Source: Candidatus Heimdallarchaeum aukensis | GTDB taxonomy: Archaea; Asgardarchaeota; Heimdallarchaeia; Heimdallarchaeales; Heimdallarchaeaceae | Direction: 5' to 3' | Length of the DNA: 64,000 nucleotides | NCBI GenBank assembly: GCA_021513695.1 | Contig: CP084166.1 | Coordinates: 768,001-832,000 of the forward strand | Part shown: piece by piece, positions 27,075 to 36,651 of the stretch | Position numbering within the stretch: position 1 is the stretch's first letter | Layout: the number at the start of each line of letters is the position of its first letter | Notes under the pieces: generated by a model | Databases searched by the model: none | Seen by the model: the letters and a program-made list of their open reading frames with translations, nothing else | What the model was told of the DNA's origin: nothing | Made by a program: the position numbers and the translations under genes

Positions 27075-28376
27075 TTGCAATACTATATTCCAGAATGGGA
27101 CGATATGGTTAGTTCAAGGTATGACTATTGGAATGACACTGAACTACCTGATTCTAGAAAGGTTTATGCACATGAAATTTATCCCAAACCCAACTATGAT
27201 GGAATTTTAGTATCTAGAATGAAGATTGAAGAGAGTAAAACTAAGATTGAAAAAATAAAGAAAGTAGGAGTGCATAGATTTTTCAAGTTCAATGGACCCA
27301 TTTTTGGAGATTGTGGAGCTTGGGGATATATAAATGAAAAAGATCCTCCATTTGAAACAAAAGACATGTTAAATTACTATGAATCTTTTGGCTTTAATAT
27401 AGGTGTTTCCATTGACCACTTATGTATTCCCCAAGTTAAATCAGAATGGTATTATAGACAAGAATTGACACTAAAAAATGCAGAAAAATTTTTCAAATAT
27501 TATGAAAGTGGAGACTATTCTTTTGAAGCAGTAGGGGCAGCTCAAGGATGGGATTTAGAATCGTATAGATATGCAGTGCAAGAATTGCTAGATATAGGAT
27601 ATGATTTTATTGCCTTAGGAGGATTAGCACGAGCACAAACAGGAATAATTATTAAGATTCTTAAAAATATTCAAGATTTAATTAAAGAAAAGAAAATAAA
27701 GATCCATTTATTTGGTGCTGCAAGATTAGATGGCCTACGTGCATTCAATAATTTAGGAGTAACAAGTTTTGATTCAGCTTCTCCTCTTAGAAATGCGTGG
27801 TTAGGTTCTAAAAAGAATTATAGAGGTTTAGATTGGAAGGGTTATACTGCTATTCGTTTACCTTTCCTTTCAAGAACAAAGAAATATCAAAAGTTAGTAG
27901 AGGAAGGACTATTCACTATCAAAGAGCTAGAAGAATTCGAAAAGTCTATCTACGCTCTCCTAAGAAGATATGAAATAGAAAAATCTAGAAGTCCAGAAGA
28001 AATAATAGAAGCTTTTGAAATGCTCAACCAGACATTTACTTTAAGAGATGATCTTAAAGAAGACTACCTTGAAATCTTGAATGAACGACCATGGGAAAAA
28101 TGCTCTTGTCCTGTTTGCAAAGAAGCAGGAATGGATGTAGTTATTTTTAGGGGGAACAACAGGAACAGAAGAAGAGGTTTCCACAACACCTATGTTTTTT
28201 ATCAATTAATGCAGAAAATTCTTAATGAACCTAATTTCAAAGGAACTCCGCATTTAAATTTAATAAATGAAAAAGATTTTTCAATTCCAATTCAAGTTCA
28301 AGCGAAAAAATTAAAATCCAAATTTAACAAACAAACAAAAATTGATAATTTTATAGAACAAATAAGTGAGGAATAG
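27075..28376 (+). CDS. tRNA-guanine transglycosylase (TGT)-superfamily protein lacking a PUA domain, possibly DpdA-like
   Basis: TGT-fold landmarks appear in order: GDCGAWGY (the DSGGFQ equivalent), AVGAAQGWD (QGG), IALGGLARAQ (AIGGLSVGE), SFDSASPLRNAWLG (FDCVxPTRxARxG). The Zn site is CSCPVCK...H. The gene uses a TTG start with a GGAGAG Shine-Dalgarno. Confidence 0.55.
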   Translation: MQYYIPEWDDMVSSRYDYWNDTELPDSRKVYAHEIYPKPNYDGILVSRMKIEESKTKIEKIKKVGVHRFFKFNGPIFGDCGAWGYINEKDPPFETKDMLNYYESFGFNIGVSIDHLCIPQVKSEWYYRQELTLKNAEKFFKYYESGDYSFEAVGAAQGWDLESYRYAVQELLDIGYDFIALGGLARAQTGIIIKILKNIQDLIKEKKIKIHLFGAARLDGLRAFNNLGVTSFDSASPLRNAWLGSKKNYRGLDWKGYTAIRLPFLSRTKKYQKLVEEGLFTIKELEEFEKSIYALLRRYEIEKSRSPEEIIEAFEMLNQTFTLRDDLKEDYLEILNERPWEKCSCPVCKEAGMDVVIFRGNNRNRRRGFHNTYVFYQLMQKILNEPNFKGTPHLNLINEKDFSIPIQVQAKKLKSKFNKQTKIDNFIEQISEE

Positions 28377-28378
28377 CA

Positions 28379-29200
28379 ATGAATTCAGAGTTTGAGAATA
28401 TAGCCACCGAAATTATGATACAAGTGGGGACTGAAAAAGAAGAAGCATTAAGATGTCTTTATTACGAACCAAAAAATGAAATAAAACAAACTATTGTTCT
28501 TATTCCAGGTTTTTTTTCTCTGCCTAGTGCTTGGGACGAACTTTTAATAAATGCAAAAGAAGATTATAGAATATTCTTGATTGAAACCAGAGAGAAGCAT
28601 ACAGCAAAAATAAATAAAAAAAGTGACTTTTCTCTGGAACGTTTTGCTAATGACATCGCTGAAGTAATTGATTACTTAATGTTAAAAGATTATATTTTAG
28701 TTACAAGTAGTATGGGAGGAGCTTTCACATTAACTGCAATGAAAGAAAGCTTAATTCACCCTAAACATAGTTTTCTGGTAGGTCCTGTTTTAAGAGTTGA
28801 AATTCCTGATTGGTCATGGCCTTTAGTTAGAATAACTACTCCTTTCTTTTATCGTTTTATCTTAAAACCTTCAATAAAACTTTATGTCAGAAGAAAGTTC
28901 GAAAGAGATCAAGCTGAAAAATACTGTGTTTCATTAGATAACTTAGAAATTAGAAGAGTAAAGAAAACAATGCTAACGCTTAAAAAATTCCGCATTACTG
29001 CTGAAGACCTTAATGTCATAAATTCTCATTGTGTCCTCATAGGAGCTGAAAAGGATAAGCTCCATCAGTCTCAAATTACAAAATGGATTCATGAACAAAT
29101 ACCTAATTCAGACTATGTAGATTTAGGGTCAAATGTAGTTGCACATGGAATTCCACTCTTAGAATTAATAGAAAAAACAATAGAAAAAGATAATAATTGA
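28379..29200 (+). CDS. Alpha/beta-hydrolase fold protein
   Basis: The nucleophile elbow VTSSMGGAF (GxSxG-like) and a late His (VVAHGIP). It starts 2 nt after the TGT-like stop. Confidence 0.5.
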   Translation: MNSEFENIATEIMIQVGTEKEEALRCLYYEPKNEIKQTIVLIPGFFSLPSAWDELLINAKEDYRIFLIETREKHTAKINKKSDFSLERFANDIAEVIDYLMLKDYILVTSSMGGAFTLTAMKESLIHPKHSFLVGPVLRVEIPDWSWPLVRITTPFFYRFILKPSIKLYVRRKFERDQAEKYCVSLDNLEIRRVKKTMLTLKKFRITAEDLNVINSHCVLIGAEKDKLHQSQITKWIHEQIPNSDYVDLGSNVVAHGIPLLELIEKTIEKDNN

Positions 29201-29278
29201 TTCCTATTATAAAGCAAATTTCTTTTATAAATACCTAATATACCAAAATTTAAAAATTCTTATTTTTTTAATTTAAGT

Positions 29279-30871
29279 ATGCAATTTCTCGCACCTTTTT
29301 CTATAAGACATTCAAAGATATTGGATCAAGATACTTTAGAACAACTAAAAAACGCTCTAAGCAATATAAAAGGGAAAAATATTCTTGTGGAGTTTACCCG
29401 AAACTTTTCTACATTGCTAAAAAACAAAGAAAAAGATAAAGATTTCACAAACTTGGCTTTAGATATCTTTTTCTCAATTGAAGATTATGAAAAAATCCTA
29501 GAATACTCATCGCCCCTTTACGCCGCAGAGTATTATTTTTATCGGGCATTAGCTTTCTATAAACTTAATCAGTTCAATAAGATTGCAAGCCTTAAGCTAC
29601 AATTTGAGATGAAATTTGAGAGAGCATTAGATTTACCTCGTAATCGCTTAATACTTGCTTTTTTAGATCTTTTTATTACTCTTAAAGAAAATCCTGAAGA
29701 AGTCGATCTTAAACTAGAAGAAATAGGTGCGTTTTTAGATAGCCAAGATGAAGAATTCAAAAGTAAATTTTGGGTCATAATAGTATTTTCCTATTATTCT
29801 GAACTCTTATTTATAAGAGATCACTTGAATAAAACAGAAGAAATTGCTAGATTGATTCTTTCCTATTCTCTTCAAAATCAAGACCCATACTTACAAAGTA
29901 ATGCACTCATATTGCTTTCCTCAATTTATATAAGAAAAGGAGAATTTAGAAAAGCAAAACAAATGATTAAATCCTCTCTTGTTCCTGTTAATCAAACAGG
30001 AGAACTAACAAATAAAGCTAAAATACTAAACAATCTTCTGCTTTTAGATTTAGCAAAAATGGACTATCTAAAAGCAGTTGATAGAATTTCAAAGATGAAA
30101 GAACTAAAAATAAGTGATACAAAAAGAAAAGAGTTAGAGATACTTGAACTCAAGTTAAAAATTCATTTAAAACTTGAAAATAATATAGAAGAAAAAATTA
30201 ATGAAATAACTTCAGATTTAGAAAAAGAAGATGAATTCTATCAAGATATTCTCCTCCTACAGTGTTGGTATAGCTTAAAAAAGAAGAACTATGACGAAGC
30301 AAAGAAAACAATAGAAGAACACCTAAAACTCACAGAAAATAACCTAAGTTCATTGTTGAAAAATCGATATTATTATGGATTATATCATAAAGAAGTAGAA
30401 GACTATGAAAAAGCTTTTTCAGATTTTGAGGAAGTAATTGAACTAAGTAAAAAAGACTACAAAATAGAATTATTAGTAAAAAGTTTGATGCATTTCCTTG
30501 ATCTTGCTTTCTCTAATAATAACGAAAAGTATTCGCTTTCTGAAATTATTCAAAAGATAAACATTTTGGAAGAAACTTCAACAAAGCAATTTATTCCTAA
30601 ATTGCAAGTAGATGCTTTAATGATAAAAATGATTTTCACACTTCTAAATTCAACAGAAATAGACATTATGGAAGATTGGGAAAATGCAATGAAAAAAGTT
30701 CATAAATTTAGATACATTGATCGTGTTAAACAACTAAACATAATAAGAAGTTGCTCTGAAAACAATTCTGAAAATAACAATATATATCAACTTGAAGAAT
30801 TATTCAAAGAAATAATACAACCTTACGAATGCTTCTTTTTTATTAAGAAGCCAAAGAAAGAAGAGGGGTAG
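29279..30871 (+). CDS. TPR-like helical-repeat hypothetical protein
   Basis: A 530-aa all-helical protein with repeated Y/F..A..Y.KLG-type TPR-like periodicity. Confidence 0.4.
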   Translation: MQFLAPFSIRHSKILDQDTLEQLKNALSNIKGKNILVEFTRNFSTLLKNKEKDKDFTNLALDIFFSIEDYEKILEYSSPLYAAEYYFYRALAFYKLNQFNKIASLKLQFEMKFERALDLPRNRLILAFLDLFITLKENPEEVDLKLEEIGAFLDSQDEEFKSKFWVIIVFSYYSELLFIRDHLNKTEEIARLILSYSLQNQDPYLQSNALILLSSIYIRKGEFRKAKQMIKSSLVPVNQTGELTNKAKILNNLLLLDLAKMDYLKAVDRISKMKELKISDTKRKELEILELKLKIHLKLENNIEEKINEITSDLEKEDEFYQDILLLQCWYSLKKKNYDEAKKTIEEHLKLTENNLSSLLKNRYYYGLYHKEVEDYEKAFSDFEEVIELSKKDYKIELLVKSLMHFLDLAFSNNNEKYSLSEIIQKINILEETSTKQFIPKLQVDALMIKMIFTLLNSTEIDIMEDWENAMKKVHKFRYIDRVKQLNIIRSCSENNSENNNIYQLEELFKEIIQPYECFFFIKKPKKEEG

Positions 30872-30952
30872 TTTTTCTTTAGAAATTTTGTAATTAAAAA
30901 AAAGTTAAATAGGAAAAAAAGGATATTTTTTTACCAAAAAAGAGGAATAAAA

Positions 30953-31120
30953 ATGACACAAAAATGGATTTGTACTTTATGTGGCTACATTTATGACCCT
31001 GCCGAAGGAGACCCTGACGGAGGAATCGCTCCAGGAACAGCTTTTGAAGATATCCCTGAAGATTGGGTTTGTCCTGAATGCGGAGCTGCAAAAGAAGATT
31101 TCGAACCCTATGAAGAATAA
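30953..31120 (+). CDS. rub: Rubredoxin (55 aa). It is absent from the ORF track because it falls under 60 aa.
   Basis: I translated it codon by codon as [55 protein letters not shown]. It has the canonical CxxCG...CPxCG pairs and aromatic core, and an AGAGG Shine-Dalgarno 8 nt upstream. Confidence 0.85.
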   Translation: MTQKWICTLCGYIYDPAEGDPDGGIAPGTAFEDIPEDWVCPECGAAKEDFEPYEE

Positions 31121-31142
31121 TAACAAAGTTTTAAATTGTTTT

Positions 31143-32327
31143 TTACAACTTTCTATTTTTTCTTGATAATTGAACTATTTTTTTTATTACTACAAATTCT
31201 GTTTCATTTAGGACGTTTTTTGTGATTTTTATTTTTTCTTGCTGAATTCTTACTTGGTTTGCATATTCATTCTCAACTAATAGCTCCATCTCCTCTGTTA
31301 TCGCTCCATCTACATTTGTTTTAATAACTTCCATGAGGTTATTATATTTTTCTAGTATTTTTTCATAAACAGCTAATTTTGAAGAGAATTTTGATGTATA
31401 CTTATTTATTTCTTCAGCTCGTTTAATGTCTATAGAAGTTAAACTATCAGTAGCTTCAGATAAATCTCTTAATTCTTCTTCACTAAATTCTCTTTTAACA
31501 AAACTTGAAATTATAGAAATAAGTGATTTATCCAGCAAATAATCTGTTTTTCTCTCATAGCTTATACTAGGGATTGATTTTGATAGAGAAGATTTTTTAC
31601 TTTTGAAGGTAGTATCTTTTTTTTCTGTTGTTAAATACTTTTCAACAAGAACTAATTTTTCATTCCACCATTCCTTAAAAGAAAGACCAGGAGTATATTC
31701 AATAGCAAAATTTAGAAAAATTGTTCCTTTAGCTAAAACTGTTGCGCCTATAGGTTTTTTGAATATGGGTTTACTTGTTCTTTTACCTACAAAGTCATAT
31801 GTACTAAAAGAATGAAAGTTTGAGGGAAGATCTTTTGCTTTACCAAAAAAAATTATTTCTTTTCCAAGATTTGCTAAATCTTTGAGATCTCCTAAAGTTA
31901 CTAAATAATCTTCTCCTAACGAAAGATAAACAAGATCATAAGTTTTTTTGGATAATTTTCTAACAGATTCTGGAATAGCTAATTTTTCTGCTCTTTCTTT
32001 TATTGCTTTTTTTGATAAGCCTGAAAAAGTGCACTCATAAGGAGGAAGAAGTTCATTCTCATTAACTAATCCAAAACCTGCAGAAATAATGTAATAATCA
32101 ACTTCAGCTTTTGACGAAAGAATCTTAACAGCTTTTTTTATTGCAAGAGCTTGTCCACCTATGTATAATTCTCCTGCTTCTCTTAATAATGAAGAAAATT
32201 TTTCTTTTGCACTTTCTCTTTGATCTTTTGTTTCTAGGTCCTTACATGTTGGTTGATCATCATGTTGTACAGACTTTTTCTTTCCACAAGAGTTAATAAC
32301 AAGTATTGAAGGTTTCAGAGATCTCAC
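31143..32327 (-). CDS. Hypothetical protein with a YaaA/DUF328-like N-terminal domain and a C-terminal coiled-coil extension, tentative
   Basis: PSILVINSCGKKK...YIISAGFGLVNENELLPPYE resembles YaaA MLILISPAKT...LSGLYGVLRPLDLMQPYR. The last ~140 aa are K/E-rich and helical. Confidence 0.3.
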   Translation of the reverse strand: MRSLKPSILVINSCGKKKSVQHDDQPTCKDLETKDQRESAKEKFSSLLREAGELYIGGQALAIKKAVKILSSKAEVDYYIISAGFGLVNENELLPPYECTFSGLSKKAIKERAEKLAIPESVRKLSKKTYDLVYLSLGEDYLVTLGDLKDLANLGKEIIFFGKAKDLPSNFHSFSTYDFVGKRTSKPIFKKPIGATVLAKGTIFLNFAIEYTPGLSFKEWWNEKLVLVEKYLTTEKKDTTFKSKKSSLSKSIPSISYERKTDYLLDKSLISIISSFVKREFSEEELRDLSEATDSLTSIDIKRAEEINKYTSKFSSKLAVYEKILEKYNNLMEVIKTNVDGAITEEMELLVENEYANQVRIQQEKIKITKNVLNETEFVVIKKIVQLSRKNRKL

Positions 32328-32333
32328 CTAAAG

Positions 32334-32753
32334 CTATTCAGTATCCTTTTTTGCCAAATATCGATTATAAAATCTTTTAATTTTCTTTTTTTCGAGATCA
32401 AAATCTAGATCTTTACTATTTTTGCCTTCTTGCCTTTCCATTTTATTGAGTTTACTTTGAATTTTGCTTAGTTTTAGAGCAAGCATTGAATTTCTTCTAA
32501 AAAGTTCACTGTTTTCAAAAAACAAAACCCCATATGCTTTTCTAAGTTTACTATACTTTATTGTTAATTCATTATATCGTTCTCTTAATTCTTCAAGATT
32601 CTTAAGTAGACTAACCTCATCAATTTGTAAATCCTCGCTGTTTAATGCCAGAAAATCATAATAATCAAGGAGTGTGTTAATTATATCATCAGTATATTCA
32701 GTAACATCTTCAAAAATAGCAGGAATCTTGACATTAGTGATCATTTTCTTCAT
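32334..32753 (-). CDS. Coiled-coil hypothetical protein
   Basis: A 139-aa protein rich in heptad-like L/K/E. It overlaps the upstream ORF by 4 nt (ATGA), which suggests translational coupling. Confidence 0.35.
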   Translation of the reverse strand: MKKMITNVKIPAIFEDVTEYTDDIINTLLDYYDFLALNSEDLQIDEVSLLKNLEELRERYNELTIKYSKLRKAYGVLFFENSELFRRNSMLALKLSKIQSKLNKMERQEGKNSKDLDFDLEKKKIKRFYNRYLAKKDTE

Positions 32754-33106
32754 TTTGCTACACCTTTTAGAATACCATCTAACTTCTCTTCAAGTTCAGT
32801 AATAACATTATAATCTTCATTATATTCTTTCTTCATTTGTTTTTCTTCTTCTATACTTTTTTTCAATTTTTCAATTTCTTTTTCTCTTTCTGGAATTTTC
32901 TCCAAAAGAGCCTTATATTCTAGTATATACTCCACAAATGCCCAAGAAAGCTTTTTTTCTTTGTTATATTCTGTAAGAAACTTAAAAAATTGGTTTACTT
33001 TTTCTATTATTGTTTCAGATTTTTCCTTTCTCTCTTCAGCGATTCTAGCAATTTTTCGCTGAATTCTTGAGGAAAAAGAAATCTTTACTTTCTCTTGTTT
33101 TTTCAT
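32750..33106 (-). CDS. Ribbon-helix-helix (CopG/Arc-like) domain protein with a coiled-coil tail
   Basis: The N-terminus KVKISFSSRIQRKIARIAEERKEKSETIIEKV fits a beta-strand plus two-helix RHH pattern. It is the first gene of a three-gene minus-strand operon. Confidence 0.4.
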   Translation of the reverse strand: MKKQEKVKISFSSRIQRKIARIAEERKEKSETIIEKVNQFFKFLTEYNKEKKLSWAFVEYILEYKALLEKIPEREKEIEKLKKSIEEEKQMKKEYNEDYNVITELEEKLDGILKGVAK

Positions 33107-33246
33107 TTACAACTTTTTTTTCAGCTTGCTGTTTTAAAAGTTTATTAAGTTTAACTCAAAATCAGATTTTTCAAAACTTTTTTCTTTTACTTCCATCATT
33201 TTTTTTAAATCAAATAACTTTAATAGCTCTAATTCAAAGTTAAATT

Positions 33247-33576
33247 ATGGAAGAAATAAGTGTCAAGGAGTATTTAGAAAAATCAGGACAATTACTAGAA
33301 AAATATAGATTTAATATTGAAAATCTTCGACATCAGAGAAAACAAATAGAACAGAAATTTTTCCTCCCTCACGAGATGGTTGACTTTTTTCATACAAATA
33401 AAAGCGAATACAAAGTTTGGTTAAAAATTCAAGACATGATTCTCACACTTGAAGATGCTTATGCAGACCTAGTTGGGAGTATGATGGAAGCAAAAGCTAA
33501 CCCTGATAATTATAATTATTATTTAGAAGACAAACGTATTACAATTATGCAACTAAAAGAAACTGAAGAAGAATAA
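33247..33576 (+). CDS. Hypothetical protein
   Basis: A 109-aa helical ORF that leads the plus-strand cluster ending in GDPD. Confidence 0.35.
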   Translation: MEEISVKEYLEKSGQLLEKYRFNIENLRHQRKQIEQKFFLPHEMVDFFHTNKSEYKVWLKIQDMILTLEDAYADLVGSMMEAKANPDNYNYYLEDKRITIMQLKETEEE

Positions 33577-33678
33577 AGAAATAAGTGATAAAGAAAAGAA
33601 ATTAAATTAACAATTTTAAAAAGTAAATTCACTGTTTTTCTAATAAGATTTATTTAGGGTGTTTGAATAATATAATAT

Positions 33679-35265
33679 TTGATGAGATTTGTTTTATTTT
33701 CTGATACCCATATTGGTGGAAGATATGATGAAATGATATTGATGAAAGGTATAGATTTTATTAATAACATTGATGGAGATATTTTTATTCACTGTGGAGA
33801 TTTAACTGGTTCTGGCACTTTGGCTGAATATGAGATTGCTAGACTTTATTTAGAAAAAATCAAGAAAAGGCCTTTTTTCATTGTTCCTGGAAATCATGAC
33901 TGCAAAAATGTGGGTGATTTACTTTTTGAAGAAATAGTTGGTGAGCGTTTTTGGGTAAAGACATTCGAAAAAAAGAAAACTCGGATTCTTGGTCTTGACT
34001 CTACTGAACCCGATGCAAATACTGGAAGAATGGGTCCTAAATCAATAAAAAGAATTTATGAAGAATTTGAGGATTTACCAGAATATTGGTTAAAAGTTTT
34101 AGTTTTTCATCATCAGACTTTACCAATTCCCTATACTGGTAGAGAAAGAAGTGCAATCAAAGATGCAGGAGATGTAGTGAAAGCTATTCTTGATTGTAAC
34201 ATTCATCTTGTTTTCAATGGTCATAGGCACATTTCTAATGTCTATAAGATGTCTGATGGAGTAGTAAATGCTTGGATTATTAATGTTGGTACATTATCTT
34301 GTAAAAAAACTAGATATAGAGAAGAGTATAGCTTAACTGTCGTTGATGCTTCTTTAAAGAAAAACAACCTTGCTATTCGTAGTATACTACTTAAGAAAGA
34401 GCCTATCAGAGAAGTTGTAAAATATTCTGGTAAATTCCAACGTTTTATTGCCCCTATGAATAAGAAACACATAGCAACAATAATTCAAATAGGCAATACA
34501 GCTTTTTCTAATTCACGATTTAGGATGGGTAATTTCTACAAAGGTCTCGAAACAATTAATCTCATCCCTTGTGATGTAGTTGTCCATTGTGGAGAAGTTA
34601 CAGGTGCCTCCTATGTCAATGAGTTTCAAAGAGCAAAGGCTTTATTATCTCAAATAGAAAAACCTCTTATTGTTGTTCCAGGAGATAATGATGCTTTTCC
34701 ACTTGGTTGGGATTTGTTTCCTGAGTACATTGGTGATCCTAACCCCTATTTTGAGAATGAGCATTTGATTGTTAAAGGGTTCAATACTTGCTTAATTGAC
34801 GAACAAGAGGGAAGACTCGGAAGAGGAAATATGAAAGAGATGATAACAACATTTGAGAATAAATCAAAAATAGGAGTAGTAGCTTTTCATCATTCAATAA
34901 TGCCTTTACCTCACTCTAAACATGATGCAGAGCTAATAGATGCAGGAGATGTTCTTGCTGCCATAGTAAACCACAGAATCAATCTCGTTTTAACTGGAGC
35001 TAAAAATAGAAGCGGGTGTTGGCAAGTTAACGACACTGTATTTGTAAATGCTGGAACACTCAGCTCTGAAAATATTACTACAAGAGACGGAAATAGTTTC
35101 AACATAATAACCATTAGCCAAACAGATATAGGTAAACTTTACGAGGTCGATGAGTATTTTGTTGAAACAAACGAAAGAAAAACTATTGGAGTTTTCCATA
35201 TTTCTGATAGGGGGATACCTATTCTCATTCCTGATAGAAAGGTTCCCAACACCATTCATTTATGA
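33679..35265 (+). CDS. Tandem calcineurin-like metallophosphoesterase. The first domain is intact and the second is degenerate.
   Basis: Domain 1 has LFSDTHIG, HCGDLT, GNHD, FHHQ and NGHRH, a complete MPE motif set. Domain 2 has HCGEVTG, PGDND, FHHS and TGAKN, with the His positions of motifs III and V lost. Confidence 0.75.
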   Translation: MMRFVLFSDTHIGGRYDEMILMKGIDFINNIDGDIFIHCGDLTGSGTLAEYEIARLYLEKIKKRPFFIVPGNHDCKNVGDLLFEEIVGERFWVKTFEKKKTRILGLDSTEPDANTGRMGPKSIKRIYEEFEDLPEYWLKVLVFHHQTLPIPYTGRERSAIKDAGDVVKAILDCNIHLVFNGHRHISNVYKMSDGVVNAWIINVGTLSCKKTRYREEYSLTVVDASLKKNNLAIRSILLKKEPIREVVKYSGKFQRFIAPMNKKHIATIIQIGNTAFSNSRFRMGNFYKGLETINLIPCDVVVHCGEVTGASYVNEFQRAKALLSQIEKPLIVVPGDNDAFPLGWDLFPEYIGDPNPYFENEHLIVKGFNTCLIDEQEGRLGRGNMKEMITTFENKSKIGVVAFHHSIMPLPHSKHDAELIDAGDVLAAIVNHRINLVLTGAKNRSGCWQVNDTVFVNAGTLSSENITTRDGNSFNIITISQTDIGKLYEVDEYFVETNERKTIGVFHISDRGIPILIPDRKVPNTIHL

Positions 35266-35343
35266 TATAACTTAGATATTTAACTAGTTATATCGATAGA
35301 TATTGTAAAAAAATTTAAATCTAAATAATGAAGTGTACACCTT

Positions 35344-36627
35344 ATGCACAAAGAGGTAAAAAATTCAAAAAACGTTTCTTTTCCAGTTGTAATAAAAAAT
35401 TTAGATGAGAGAATGAATAAATGGTTGAAAGAAGCACAGAAACGTATATTTAGTATTGCTGCAGGAGATAGGATTTCATTCATAGCTTCTGCCATAGCAC
35501 AAGTTGGTTTTGGCAAAATCCTCTATGCTGCAAATGAACTTGGGGTTGATATTGAAAAAACCAAACCATACATTTTTTTTGCTCCTGACGGAACTTGCTC
35601 ATACAACGAAATTAGAATAAAAAGAGGTTTTACATATGGTTGTATATTCAAAGCAGATTTCGAGGGACTGATTGGTACTAATAACTCAATGCCAAACGGT
35701 TGTGGATATAGCTTATATGAACTTAAAGATTGGAACGATGATGAAACTCTAATCAGAACTTTAAACCAAATAAAGCAAAATATAACAGAAGAACAAGCAA
35801 AAGAACTAGGAAAAGGCAATCATTTTATTGCTGTTTACAAGGTTTTAGACGCTATATCAGGAGAAGATACAGAAAGGAGAATGGTATTACTTCATTGTAG
35901 TGGGCATGATTTAAGCAAAAAACCACTTTATTTCTTCAACTGGTTAGAAGAAACAGATGGATGTCATAAAGTACAAACACCACATGGAGAAATTTACCTT
36001 TTAGAAAGTGAGGCAAAAAAGAGATATATCAAAGAATTTGAGAAACTTGACAAACACAATAAAGAAGCTCGTGTCACTGTCATGAAAGAGTTGTTTAGAG
36101 ACTCTTCCTATGAATTAATTTCAAGTATCACTCACCAAGGGTTATATAATAACGGTTCATATCATTTTTTGGGAATACAAAAAAGCGAAAAACTTATTCC
36201 TATAGCTTTCAATGCAGATGAAGGAGGAATTGCTGTCAAGACAAAGAAGAATCTGTCAGGACAATTTATAGATCAATGGAAACAAGGAACAAGAGTGAAA
36301 GATTTAGGATATGAAAGAGAATTTAAAGAGCTCAACTTTACTCCACACGGAGGAGGATACGAATTCAAATACCCAATCAAACGTTTTGTTATATTCTTAA
36401 ATGATCAAGGACTGGATCACTTCTCGGTTGAATTAAAAAAGCCGAAAGAGCCAAGTATTAAACTTATTGCTTCCTATTTCAAACCTATTAGAGAATACAT
36501 GACATATAGGAGAAAGTTACCAGTAATGAAAGAAGTCTTTAAAGCGGAGCTAGCAAACCACATTTATGATCTTGTTCCATTTATGCAATTACATCCTAAA
36601 GTTAGTATTCCTGGAGGACATTACTAA
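35344..36627 (+). CDS. Divergent RtcB-superfamily protein (RNA 3'-phosphate ligase fold)
   Basis: RtcB metal/active-site motifs appear in order: PNGCGYS (DIGCGM in RtcB), LGKGNHFIAV (GTGNHFIEI), MVLLHCSGHDL (IMLHSGSRG) and FTPHGGGYEF (CSHGAGR). The rest of the sequence diverges strongly from canonical RtcB. Confidence 0.5.
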   Translation: MHKEVKNSKNVSFPVVIKNLDERMNKWLKEAQKRIFSIAAGDRISFIASAIAQVGFGKILYAANELGVDIEKTKPYIFFAPDGTCSYNEIRIKRGFTYGCIFKADFEGLIGTNNSMPNGCGYSLYELKDWNDDETLIRTLNQIKQNITEEQAKELGKGNHFIAVYKVLDAISGEDTERRMVLLHCSGHDLSKKPLYFFNWLEETDGCHKVQTPHGEIYLLESEAKKRYIKEFEKLDKHNKEARVTVMKELFRDSSYELISSITHQGLYNNGSYHFLGIQKSEKLIPIAFNADEGGIAVKTKKNLSGQFIDQWKQGTRVKDLGYEREFKELNFTPHGGGYEFKYPIKRFVIFLNDQGLDHFSVELKKPKEPSIKLIASYFKPIREYMTYRRKLPVMKEVFKAELANHIYDLVPFMQLHPKVSIPGGHY

Positions 36628-36651
36628 TCAAGATTTAACCAAAGTGATAAT

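Noticed and set aside
32334-33106. The two coiled-coil proteins as ESCRT-III/Snf7 homologs
   Set aside because: At 118 and 139 aa they are too short. The first has an RHH-like N-terminus rather than the ESCRT-III helical hairpin. No Vps4 or ESCRT neighbors are present.
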